Below, piece after piece: positions 40,007-48,638 of a stretch of DNA of 64,000 bases; the first letter of the stretch is position 1, and the number at the start of each line of letters is the position of its first letter. The position numbers and the translations under genes were made by a program. A model generated the notes under the pieces. It was given only the letters and a program-made list of their open reading frames with translations, ran no database searches and was not told where the DNA came from. The stretch is from Nitrospinales bacterium. Lineage in GTDB: Bacteria > Nitrospinota > Nitrospinia > Nitrospinales > VA-1. The stretch spans positions 3,301,286 to 3,365,285 of the forward strand of contig CBDCWG010000012.1 in the NCBI GenBank assembly GCA_965223345.1. The letters run 5' to 3'.

Positions 40007-40705
40007 ATGGATAAAAAGCAGAAAATCATCAAACACTGGAGGGATTTTTTCACCGATCTTTTCGTCGGGACGTTCCTCAAGGTTTTTCTCTACGGTCTGC
40101 TCGGCACGGTTCTGGGGTTTCTGTCGCTGTGGGGTTTTCACTGGGGCGTGCTCGGCTCGGTGGAGTGGAAGCCGTGGGTGGAAATGACGGTGCTGGTGCT
40201 GGGGTTTTTGTGGTTTCCGCTTTGGGGGGTGTTCGGCGGCGTCGTCAGCGCGGCGTTTCAGATTCTCTGGAAAAAATTCGTCGAGATCGTCAGCGGCATG
40301 CACGACCTGCTGGACCTTTTGACCCGCGAAGTGCTGGCGCAGTTTCCCCGTTTCAGCAAACAGACCCCCAAAGAGGAGCTGGCGAAAAAATTCGACAATA
40401 TCGGCCAGGACTTCCTCACCCAGCTGAAGCTCAAAGGCGGGCTGATCCGCTTCGTTGCGAGAATTTTTTTCGGGACGATTCTCAAGGTTCTGAAGTTTTT
40501 TTTCCTCAACGACGTGGTGGAAGAACTGGCTAAAAACCCCAACGAAACAGTGACTTCAAGCGATATCGAGCATGCGGTCCGCCGGGTGGGGGTGGATCTG
40601 TTTCTCGAACCCATCCACGAAAATTTTATTTTACTTCAAATCCTGTTTGCGGTATTGATCATCATACTCATCGGGCTGCCTTTCGGGCTGCTGTATTTTT
40701 TCTAA
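40007..40705 (+). CDS. Hypothetical membrane protein
   Basis: Three or more hydrophobic segments; coding-like composition. Confidence 0.7.
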   Translation: MDKKQKIIKHWRDFFTDLFVGTFLKVFLYGLLGTVLGFLSLWGFHWGVLGSVEWKPWVEMTVLVLGFLWFPLWGVFGGVVSAAFQILWKKFVEIVSGMHDLLDLLTREVLAQFPRFSKQTPKEELAKKFDNIGQDFLTQLKLKGGLIRFVARIFFGTILKVLKFFFLNDVVEELAKNPNETVTSSDIEHAVRRVGVDLFLEPIHENFILLQILFAVLIIILIGLPFGLLYFF

Positions 40706-40722
40706 CGAAGAGACGGTACGAA

Positions 40723-41031
40723 TTGTTCTCCATCCTCAAAATCAATCACTGGCTCAACCGGTCGCGGTTGGTGCCGGCGCTGCTGCTTGTGAGCTTCGGC
40801 GTGCTGTCCGGGTTCGCACCGGTTCTGCACAATCATGACCTGGACCTCGAACACGATCACAACGATTGCGGCGCCTGCGAGTGGACTCACTGGCATTCTC
40901 TGCTGAACGGAGATGCCGCAGTGGATGCGCCCTCGCCTCTTCTGAAACTTCTGCGGCTGATCCACGTTTCCGAAGCCCTCCCCAAGTTTCGATCCTCCGT
41001 TTCGAGCCGCGGCCCGCCTGCCGTTTCCTGA
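40723..41031 (+). CDS. DUF2946-like (CutF/CruR-type) exported leader peptide with His cluster, CxxC and C-terminal RGPP
   Basis: Hydrophobic N-region, HNH…HDH..CGAC, Pro-rich linker, RGPP three codons before the stop; TTG start. Confidence 0.8.
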   Translation: MFSILKINHWLNRSRLVPALLLVSFGVLSGFAPVLHNHDLDLEHDHNDCGACEWTHWHSLLNGDAAVDAPSPLLKLLRLIHVSEALPKFRSSVSSRGPPAVS

Positions 41032-41131
41032 TTCCGACGTAACAAACCCAAACTAATACTCAAATTCATCGTACGCAGTGGCGGAGCTGTATTCGCTTGC
41101 GGTCCGTTTCGCCCTGCGGTGGAGTCGAATC

Positions 41132-42328
41132 ATGAAACGGAGTTTATCTGTGGTCGTGCTCATGGCATGGCTGTGCCTTTTGTTGCCCGCATTCACCCAT
41201 GCGGACGAAAATGCGGAATATTTCAAACCCAAAATTCTCGAGCTGGAAGAACGCATCAAACAGCTGGAAGCGGAAAAACGCAAACGCAACGCCGGCTTAT
41301 CCAAAAACAGGTTTTCCAAGGGCTCGACGACGGGAACAGGAATCTCGCGCGCCTTCAACCCGGCCATCAGCGTCAACGGCCTGCTGCTCGGCACCTACGT
41401 GAACGAGGGCCGGGACGACGCCTCGCGGGAAGTCAAAACCGGTCTCGACATTCAGGAGCTGGAACTGGTTCTGGAAGCCAGTGTGGACACCTACTTCCAT
41501 TCCAAACTGGTTCTCGCGATGGAAGAAGTGGACGCGATCGAGATCGAGGAATTCATCACCGATGTGCTGCTGTTCAACAACCTTTCGCTGCGGGCGGGGA
41601 AATTCTTCGCGCCATTCGGTAAGCACAACCTGCTGCACACGCACGCGTTCCCGTTCGTCGATGCGCCGCTCATCAACGAGGAAATCCTGGGTGAGGAAGG
41701 CATCAACGAGATCGGCGTCGGGCTGGCCTACCTCATGCCCACGCCCTGGTTCAGTGAAGTGCAGTTTCAGTTTCTCGATGGGGAAAACGACGAGCTGTTC
41801 AACGGTCCGCTGAACGACGATTTTCTCTACCTGGTGCATCTCAAAAATCTTCTCGACCTGACTCCCGACCTGACGGCGGAGCTGGGCGGCTCGTTCGCGT
41901 ACGGCAGGAACGATGCGATCAACGGCCCGTACAATCACACGGAGCTGGCGGGTGTGGACCTGACGTTCAAATGGAGACCCGGCGGCCGCGAGCAATACCG
42001 CTCGCTGACCTGGATGACCGAGTTCATCCAATCCTCACGCGACATCGACAAAAAAGGTTTTTACACGCTGGCGCAGTATCAGTTTGCGCGTAAATGGTGG
42101 GTGCAGGGCCGCTACGATTTTTTCACGATCCCACGCGATCAGGTGGGCGGTGGAGGCACCGTTGCCCAGGACAAGAACCGTTACAGCGCGCTGCTGGCGC
42201 ATGTGTTCAGCGAATTTTCCGTGCTGCGGCTGCAATACAACTACCTCAATCAACTGGAGGCGGACGAGCATCAGGTGTTTTTGCAGCTCAACTTCACGTT
42301 CGGATCGCACCCCGCACACGCGTATTGA
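41132..42328 (+). CDS. Outer-membrane beta-barrel protein of the type found in Zn/metal-uptake operons
   Basis: Signal peptide, coiled coil, FNP.IS, GKF...FG..N..HTH.FPF.D.P, and C-terminal G.HPAH.Y. Confidence 0.8.
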   Translation: MKRSLSVVVLMAWLCLLLPAFTHADENAEYFKPKILELEERIKQLEAEKRKRNAGLSKNRFSKGSTTGTGISRAFNPAISVNGLLLGTYVNEGRDDASREVKTGLDIQELELVLEASVDTYFHSKLVLAMEEVDAIEIEEFITDVLLFNNLSLRAGKFFAPFGKHNLLHTHAFPFVDAPLINEEILGEEGINEIGVGLAYLMPTPWFSEVQFQFLDGENDELFNGPLNDDFLYLVHLKNLLDLTPDLTAELGGSFAYGRNDAINGPYNHTELAGVDLTFKWRPGGREQYRSLTWMTEFIQSSRDIDKKGFYTLAQYQFARKWWVQGRYDFFTIPRDQVGGGGTVAQDKNRYSALLAHVFSEFSVLRLQYNYLNQLEADEHQVFLQLNFTFGSHPAHAY

Positions 42329-42370
42329 GCGCGGGCGGGTTGAACTCAAAATTCGATTTTTCCCTTCGAG

Positions 42371-43303
42371 GTGAAAATGAAACACTATAAAACTGTCGTT
42401 GTTCTTTTTGCAGCGATCCTGCTGGTTTGCGGTTCGGCCACAGCGGCCCGGGCCGCATTGAAGGTCGTCACCACCACCCAGGATCTGGCCGCCATCGCCA
42501 AAGAAGTGGGCGGCGATACGGTGCGCGTGGACTCGATCGCCAAAGGCCATCAAAACTATCATTTCATTCAGGCGAAGCCCAGCTACATGCTGAAGGTGAA
42601 CCGGGCGGACCTGTTCGCCTACCAGGGGCTGGAACTTGAAATCGGCTGGGCGCCGCTCATCCTTCGCGGCGGCCGCAACGCCAAAGTGCTTCCGGGCAAA
42701 CCGGGGCACATGGATGTCTCCAACGCGATCCAGGCGCTGGAGATCCCCGAAGGCGAGGTGGACCGCTCGATGGGCGACATCCACCCGTTTGGCAACCCGC
42801 ATTACCACCTGAGCCCGGAAAACGCCATCCTGATCGCGGACGCGTTTGCCGAACGGCTGGGCCGGCTGGATACGGAAAATAAGGCACTCTACCGGAAGAA
42901 TTCAGAAAGTTTTCGTCAGCGTGTGGAAGCGAAGATTCCGGATTGGAAACACCGGCTGCGATCCCTGACAAACCGGAAAGTCGTGACCTACCACCCGACC
43001 TGGGTCTATTTCCTGGAATTTTTCGGCATCGAATCCATCGGCAACGTGGAAGACCCGCCGGGCGTGGAGCCGGGAAGCCGGCATCTGGCGCAGTTGGCGA
43101 AACGCATGCAGCAGACAGGCGTGCGCGTGATCCTGCAGGCCAATTATATCGAACGCGGGTTCTCCGACCTTCTCGCCGAACGGACACAGGGGCAGGTCGT
43201 GATCCTTCCCGCTTCGGTGGGAGGCGAGCCGTCTGTGAACGATTACATTACACTATTAGACCGGATCGTTTCCGACCTGGCCGAGGCGTTGTCCAACTCA
43301 TGA
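42371..43303 (+). CDS. Metal ABC transporter substrate-binding protein (ZnuA/TroA cluster A-I)
   Basis: VVTT, GG..V.V.SI, H...AKPS, GDIHPFGNPHY, YH..W.YF and E..PG.EP motifs. Confidence 0.9.
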   Translation: MKMKHYKTVVVLFAAILLVCGSATAARAALKVVTTTQDLAAIAKEVGGDTVRVDSIAKGHQNYHFIQAKPSYMLKVNRADLFAYQGLELEIGWAPLILRGGRNAKVLPGKPGHMDVSNAIQALEIPEGEVDRSMGDIHPFGNPHYHLSPENAILIADAFAERLGRLDTENKALYRKNSESFRQRVEAKIPDWKHRLRSLTNRKVVTYHPTWVYFLEFFGIESIGNVEDPPGVEPGSRHLAQLAKRMQQTGVRVILQANYIERGFSDLLAERTQGQVVILPASVGGEPSVNDYITLLDRIVSDLAEALSNS

Positions 43304-43328
43304 TTCCGCGAATCGAGGCCCCCATCGC

Positions 43329-44144
43329 ATGAGCGATTTTTTCACCTTCATGGCCGCGCCTGCCGCGGCCTGCCTGATCCTGGCGGTCGTACTGACTTAC
43401 TTCGGCTGCCACGTGCTGAAGCGGGAGATCATCTTCGTGGATATCTCGCTCGCGCAGCTCGCCGCTTTGGGCACGACGGTGGCCTTTATTTGGGAAATCG
43501 ATCTGGACTCGCCGATCGCATTGCTGCTTTCCCTGCTCTTCATCCTGGCGGGAGGGGTCTTTTTTGCGTTCACCCGCACCCTCTCTCCCAGGGTGCCGCA
43601 GGAAGCGGTCATCGGAATCATCTATGTGGTCGGGGCATCGTTCGGTCTTTTGCTGGTAGCCAATGTGCCGCACGGGGCGGAGCATCTGAAGGCGCTTCTG
43701 AACGGCTCCATCCTGTGGATCACCTGGCCCGGCACCGCAAAACTGGCGGCCGCCTGCGTGCTGGTGTTCGTTCCCGTTTGGTGGAACCGCACGCATTTGG
43801 AAGAACAATCGGAACGCTACCGCAACGCATCCGATCCGCTGGGTTTCAAGTGGGACTTTCTTTTCTACGCCGCGCTGGGGCTGGTGATCGTGTTTTCGGT
43901 CCGCACCGCAGGGATCTTTCTGATTTTTTCTTTTCTCATATTACCGGCGGTGTGCGGGGCGCTGTTTTTTACTTCGATGAAGCGACAGTTTCTTGCCGGA
44001 TCGGCGGTGGGCGTTCTCACCAGTTGGCTGGGCTTGATCCTTTCCTTTTACCTGGATCTGCCGACGGGCGCAACGCTGGTGTGCCTGCTGGGTGGAGTCT
44101 TTTTTCTGGCGATTCCCTTGAGCCGGCTGCGGGGCAAAGCGTGA
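43329..44144 (+). CDS. Metal ABC transporter permease (ZnuB/ABC-3 family)
   Basis: G.HVL.R.IIFVD.SLAQ.AALG, EA.IG, L.GSILW and DLPTG motifs. Confidence 0.9.
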   Translation: MSDFFTFMAAPAAACLILAVVLTYFGCHVLKREIIFVDISLAQLAALGTTVAFIWEIDLDSPIALLLSLLFILAGGVFFAFTRTLSPRVPQEAVIGIIYVVGASFGLLLVANVPHGAEHLKALLNGSILWITWPGTAKLAAACVLVFVPVWWNRTHLEEQSERYRNASDPLGFKWDFLFYAALGLVIVFSVRTAGIFLIFSFLILPAVCGALFFTSMKRQFLAGSAVGVLTSWLGLILSFYLDLPTGATLVCLLGGVFFLAIPLSRLRGKA

Positions 44145-44201
44145 CCGCCCGACAGACTCAATCACAATGACAAACCAATCTGTTTCGAGGATTCGTTGAA
44201 C

Positions 44202-44648
44202 ATGCCCAATCAAAATAAACCCACAATGCTGAACAAGGACAACCGGCTGGACAAAACCGGACTGTTCGCATCTTCGTTGTGCCTGTTGCATTGCGCGGCC
44301 CTTTCGGTGTTTCTTCCGCTTTTTTCATTGAATCTGCCGTTCATTGCCGACGAGCGACTGGCACAGTCCTTTCTGTTCGTCAGCGTTCTCATGGGACTGG
44401 CGGCGTTCGTTCCCACTCTGAAAATGAAAGGCCGGGCGGGAATCGGCCTGCTGGGCTTGACGGGGCTTTGCGGGTTGGTCGTGCTTGAAGTTTTTTTGGA
44501 AGGAATTGCGAGCGAAACGGTTCGCTTTTTCTTGTCGCTGCCGTTTTTTGCCATGCTGTTCAGAGCCCACTGGAAGAATATCCGGGTGTGCAAAGCCTGT
44601 GCGTCGAAATCCGTTTTGCAGAAGCTCTCACTTTTTTCTCCCGTCTGA
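44202..44648 (+). CDS. MerC-domain membrane protein
   Basis: LD..G..AS.LC..HC motif, four TM segments, and H..N...C..C at the C-terminus. Confidence 0.78.
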   Translation: MPNQNKPTMLNKDNRLDKTGLFASSLCLLHCAALSVFLPLFSLNLPFIADERLAQSFLFVSVLMGLAAFVPTLKMKGRAGIGLLGLTGLCGLVVLEVFLEGIASETVRFFLSLPFFAMLFRAHWKNIRVCKACASKSVLQKLSLFSPV

Positions 44649-44848
44649 AAAAAAACCGGGGAACATGGCTTGGAGTTTCTTGATTTCTGTTTGTTGTTTA
44701 ATAAGGAATTCATCTATATTTATATATAAATTTTGTTTTTGTGAGCTAGCTCCTGTTGAGGGATGAAAGGGATTGCTACCTTCGAAGAAAGTCAAAACAC
44801 CTGACCGGGCAAAACCCGGCCCCAACCTTCATCCTTCGAGGAAAGCAC

Positions 44849-45040
44849 ATGAAACGATTTTCGAGCGCATCCCTTCTCATCCTGTTTTTCGCATCCGTGA
44901 GCCTCAGCGCGGTCGGCTGCTCGTCCACCTCGGCCAGCAAGTCCTCCTCTTACGAGAAATCGGAGAAGACATCGACCAGCAGCCGCGCCCCCAAACGCGC
45001 GCCCACGTCCAATTCGGGATTCGGCGGCTATCGGTACTGA
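44849..45040 (+). CDS. Small lipoprotein 1 (63 aa, ends GGYRY)
   Basis: GAGG RBS; MKR + hydrophobic stretch + AVGC lipobox; Ser-rich; paralogous to the next ORF. Confidence 0.8.
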   Translation: MKRFSSASLLILFFASVSLSAVGCSSTSASKSSSYEKSEKTSTSSRAPKRAPTSNSGFGGYRY

Positions 45041-45176
45041 GCCGATGGACTCCCGGCATTCGATCCACAAACGTGGGACGACCTGTAAGGAACCACTTCA
45101 GCGAGAGACCAACCTGCATCGATCCTTTTTTCTCCGCCTGCGTGGCGGAAACATCTAGTAACCTGGGGAGCCGAAC

Positions 45177-45356
45177 ATGAAACGTTTGTGGAGTGCGGGA
45201 CTGATTTTACTGGCGGCGGGTTTTCTGATTCTGGGAACCACGGGATGCACGAGTTCACCGGATCAGAAAACCTCTTCCTATGAGAAGAGCCAATCCAGCA
45301 AAAAAACCAGCAGAGAACCCTACCGCAGAGAAGGTTCCGGCGGTTACCGGTACTGA
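45177..45356 (+). CDS. Small lipoprotein 2 (59 aa, ends GGYRY; absent from the ORF track)
   Basis: GGAG RBS; translated by hand as MKRLWSAGLILLAAGFLILGTTGCTSSPDQKTSSYEKSQSSKKTSREPYRREGSGGYRY. Confidence 0.8.
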   Translation: MKRLWSAGLILLAAGFLILGTTGCTSSPDQKTSSYEKSQSSKKTSREPYRREGSGGYRY

Positions 45357-45398
45357 GCGTAGCGCAGTTTAAGGCGGGATCGGGTTATGCGTGCGGGG

Positions 45399-47180
45399 TC
45401 AGGCGGACGCCAGCGCGTTGAGGCGTTCGCGGATGTTCTCTTTCTGGTGGTGTCCCAGATAGAGCAGGCCGTCGGAGAGGGAATAATTGTCCGGAAAGGT
45501 CATCACTTCCCTTCCCAGTTTTTCGATGATCTCCTGATACAGTTCGTTGGCCTCCTCGGCCGTCATGCCGACTTTCGCCTCGTAAGAATACCCGAGACTC
45601 AGGTCGTGTTCGGGCGGGCTGTAGATGCGTGTGATCTGCCATTCGGCCGGATTCTTCTCAAGCGGCGTGCCTTTTTCCAGATCGAACTGCGACGCGATGC
45701 AGGAAAAACCCGGTGAATCGAGAATGCGCTGGTTGTTGAGCACGAAGTTCACCGAGTCCATCGCCTCTTCGCGGGTCTCCGTCGGGAAGCCGCAGATGAG
45801 ATAGAAATGCATGGCGATGCCGATGCGCAGGCATTGCTCGACCGTCTCGTCGATCACCGCCAGATCCACGCCTTTGTACATGGAATCGAGGACGCGCTGG
45901 TTGTAGGACTCCAGCCCGAAAATGAGCTTTCGGCAGCCGGAGCGGTACAGGAGCTCCATACGGTTTTCCTTGAGCAGGCTCTTCTCGAACTTCAATTCCC
46001 CGGTCCACTGCACGTTGACGTTCTGATCCACCAGTTTTCCCGCAAACGTCTTGAGGAAATTGATCGGCAGCGCTTCGTCGGTGAAGAAGAAATAATTGCA
46101 GTTGTATTTTTTCTGCAGGTTCTTGAAGTCGTTGACCACGTTCTCCGCATAGCGCACGTGGAAATCCATGTGGTCGAAGGGGATCGAACAGAACGCGCAA
46201 CGCTCCCAGTAACAGCCGCGCGAACCCATGACCGGCAGCACCCGTTCGGGTGAAAAGTAAAGATCCAGCGGGAAGCCGTCGAAATCCGGTGTGGGCAGAG
46301 CGTTGAGCTCCTCCTTGGCGAAGGGGCGGTTGACCTGCACTTTGTCCCCCGGCTTGTAGACCAGGTTCGGCACCTTGGAAAGGTCGCCGTCGCCGCGCAG
46401 CTGCTGCACCAGCCTGAGCAGCGGCGTTTCCCCTTCGTGCACGATGAAGCTGTCCACAAAGTCGAACAGCGGCGAACCGTCCTTCTCCAGCCGGTCCACC
46501 AGTTTGGTGAACACGCTGCCTCCCACCGTGATGTGGATGTTGGGCCGCTCTTTTTTGACCAGGTGCGCCAGCGTCAATCCGGGGATGATCTGCTCGACCG
46601 AAGTGATGGAGATCCCCAGGATATCGATGTCCTCTTTCAGAATAGAGGGCAGATACCATTTTTTGTAAAGATCGTAAAAATAGTTTTCCTCGGGATGCTG
46701 AAACGATTCCAGGATTTCTTTGGAAGAATACGGGGTGAAACGCAGCTGGCTGCCGATGACGGTGAGCTGGGAGGGATAATACGGCGCCAGGATGTTGTCG
46801 AGCCACACGTCGATGATCTTGAGGCTCTCCATGTAGCGGTCGAGATCGTAAAAATCCTCGCAGCGCAACGAGCGCGTGGCGCCGTCGATCTGATCCTTCA
46901 GCGCCGGGACGATTTCTTCCGCTTCCTTCAACTTGGCGAATTTTTCCCGCTCGAATTGACTGTGCTGCGGCTTCGAGTTCAGCGCGTTCAGCTCATCGAC
47001 GATCTTCTCGTACAGGGGTTTGGTTTTTTCCCAGGTACACAGATCGTCCAAAAGCTCGATGGCGAGATCTCTCTGCACGACATCGTGGATGCCGTTCTGC
47101 GCGAGAAACGCCTTGAGGCTGGGGAGACTGAGATAAGGCTGCGAAGGATGCCAGGACGATGGGAAGACCAGATATATCAT
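45399..47180 (-). CDS. B12-binding-domain radical SAM protein
   Basis: PYLSLP.L, GISIT...Q, HITVGG, EGE, RGCYWERCAFC (CX4CX2C), F.DE, GLES and GFPTET motifs. Confidence 0.9.
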   Translation of the reverse strand: MIYLVFPSSWHPSQPYLSLPSLKAFLAQNGIHDVVQRDLAIELLDDLCTWEKTKPLYEKIVDELNALNSKPQHSQFEREKFAKLKEAEEIVPALKDQIDGATRSLRCEDFYDLDRYMESLKIIDVWLDNILAPYYPSQLTVIGSQLRFTPYSSKEILESFQHPEENYFYDLYKKWYLPSILKEDIDILGISITSVEQIIPGLTLAHLVKKERPNIHITVGGSVFTKLVDRLEKDGSPLFDFVDSFIVHEGETPLLRLVQQLRGDGDLSKVPNLVYKPGDKVQVNRPFAKEELNALPTPDFDGFPLDLYFSPERVLPVMGSRGCYWERCAFCSIPFDHMDFHVRYAENVVNDFKNLQKKYNCNYFFFTDEALPINFLKTFAGKLVDQNVNVQWTGELKFEKSLLKENRMELLYRSGCRKLIFGLESYNQRVLDSMYKGVDLAVIDETVEQCLRIGIAMHFYLICGFPTETREEAMDSVNFVLNNQRILDSPGFSCIASQFDLEKGTPLEKNPAEWQITRIYSPPEHDLSLGYSYEAKVGMTAEEANELYQEIIEKLGREVMTFPDNYSLSDGLLYLGHHQKENIRERLNALASA

Positions 47181-47208
47181 TGCACCGGACTGTCGTTGAA
47201 GGGATGCG

Positions 47209-47526
47209 TCACGGCTTGGGCGCCATGAACACCAGCATCACCAGTTTTTCATTCGTGTGGTTGACGACCCCGTGATCCTGCCCGGTCGGGGCGATGGTGA
47301 TCTCGTCCGCGACCAGCTCGCGTTCTTCATCACCCACGGTCACCTTGCCCTTCCCTTCCAGAACGTAGTAAATCTTGTCCGAATCCGCGTGGGAATGGAC
47401 TTTCTGGGTCTGGCCGGGCTCAAAACAATATACATCACAAAAGAAATTATCCGTATCGAATAGGGAGACCTTTTTCAGTTTTTCGGGATTGAACGCCACC
47501 GCGTCGCGAACTTTGACCACTTTCAT
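47209..47526 (-). CDS. Cupin domain protein
   Basis: PGQ....HSH...DK.YYV.EG.G and P....HGV.N motifs. Confidence 0.88.
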   Translation of the reverse strand: MKVVKVRDAVAFNPEKLKKVSLFDTDNFFCDVYCFEPGQTQKVHSHADSDKIYYVLEGKGKVTVGDEERELVADEITIAPTGQDHGVVNHTNEKLVMLVFMAPKP

Positions 47527-47749
47527 AATTTCAGCGCATTCCTCGTGAAAAAAACGGGATAATGGGAAAACATACGCGGGAACCGGCTCCCGCGCCTCAG
47601 GTTTGCAAACGATCCGGATTGCGGCCCACGGGAACGACCGGCAGGCCCTCCGGAACCATTTTTAAAACATGAGGTTAGGTAATTCTAGCACAGAAGCCCC
47701 CGCGATCCAGAAAAAACGGTTTCGGCGTTCCGGAAAGCCCGCTCGGCTA

Positions 47750-47778
47750 TTGACTTCGCCCAGCAGATCCACTATTTT
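47750..47778 (+). promoter_or_regulatory. Possible sigma70 promoter for tRNA-Pro
   Basis: TTGACT, 17 nt spacer, TATTTT. Confidence 0.4.
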
Positions 47779-47895
47779 TGAAACAACATATCAACCGCAT
47801 CCGGCTCCCGGCAACACGCACCGCACCTTTTGAAACAGGTCGCGATGGATTTTTCGGGGCCGAAAAAGCGGGCAAAACCAGGGTCATTCCGAATC

Positions 47896-47973
47896 CGGGA
47901 CGTGGCGCAGTCTGGTTAGCGTACTTGACTGGGGGTCAAGTGGTCGGAGGTTCAAATCCTCTCGTCCCGACCA
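47896..47973 (+). tRNA. tRNA-Pro(GGG)
   Basis: Acceptor stem CGGGACG/CGTCCCG, anticodon arm CTTGA-CT GGG GG-TCAAG, T-loop GGTTCAAATCC, encoded ACCA end. Confidence 0.97.
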
Positions 47974-47977
47974 TATA

Positions 47978-48020
47978 AAACAAGGGGTTAGGTCCAAGCG
48001 ACTTAACCCCTTGTTGTTTT
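47978..48020 (+). terminator. Terminator-like hairpin after the tRNA
   Basis: AACAAGGGGTTAGGT-loop-ACTTAACCCCTTGTT followed by GTTTT. Confidence 0.7.
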
Positions 48021-48125
48021 AGAATCGCTGAGTTTTTCGACTTAGACACCCACCCTTCCCATGCAAACCGTGCTCACCGAACCTATATTGAAAGTGAGGG
48101 AGGTCTTTGGGAAGGGGTGATCTCA

Positions 48126-48344
48126 ATGACCCGACAACGCTATGCTGTACCAGGAACAGATTGCCAAATCATTCCCCATGAAAAAGCCATACGACCCGGA
48201 GCCGTTCGCGTTTACCGGCCTGATAAGAACGGGACTCTGCGCCTCGAAAAGGTCGTCCCGTTCCGGCCCTTTGAACCGGAAATGAGGCACCGTTTAAAAA
48301 AAGTTTTCGAACGATCACCTGCCAGGATTGCGGCAAACGGGTGA
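48126..48344 (+). CDS. Small hypothetical protein inside the islet
   Basis: Purine-rich RBS (GGAAGGGG) upstream; 72 aa basic ORF. Confidence 0.5.
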   Translation: MTRQRYAVPGTDCQIIPHEKAIRPGAVRVYRPDKNGTLRLEKVVPFRPFEPEMRHRLKKVFERSPARIAANG

Positions 48345-48442
48345 AGACCTTTTCACCTACGAGGAAATGGTGCGGAACGTGTACAGGCAGGAGGGGTTGA
48401 GGCCATTCAGGATTGGGAAACAAAAAAATGCAGGGGCAATGA

Positions 48443-48523
48443 GGTCGGAGGTTCAAATCCTATCGTCCCGACCCTATAATACAAGGGGTTTAGGTCCAAG
48501 CGGCCCAACCCCTTGTTGTTTTT
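48443..48523 (+). repeat. Duplicate of the tRNA-Pro 3' end plus downstream hairpin (attR-like)
   Basis: GGTCGGAGGTTCAAATCCTaTCGTCCCGACC…ACAAGGGGTTtAGGTCCAAGCG…AACCCCTTGTTGTTTT. Confidence 0.9.
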
Positions 48524-48638
48524 GGGCAGCGGGATGCTCGGCGGTCTTCCGCTTTTTGAGAGTGCCTTTCTCTCGCTGGCTGGATCGGATTTTTCAAACC
48601 GGACTCATTCGAACGAAGACAAACTCTGACCACATTCG

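Larger units (their letters stand above)
47942..48523. mobile_element. Degenerate att-flanked islet at tRNA-Pro (no integrase)
   Basis: ~80 bp imperfect direct repeats at 47942-48020 and 48443-48523, offset by 501 bp. Confidence 0.65.

Noticed and set aside
44740..44830. Hairpins with GGGCAAA upstream of the micro-lipoproteins as a possible c-di-GMP-I riboswitch
   Set aside because: The rest of the consensus (GNRA-capped P2, GACGCAAAG, P3) is missing. The same holds for GGGCAAAC near 1351.
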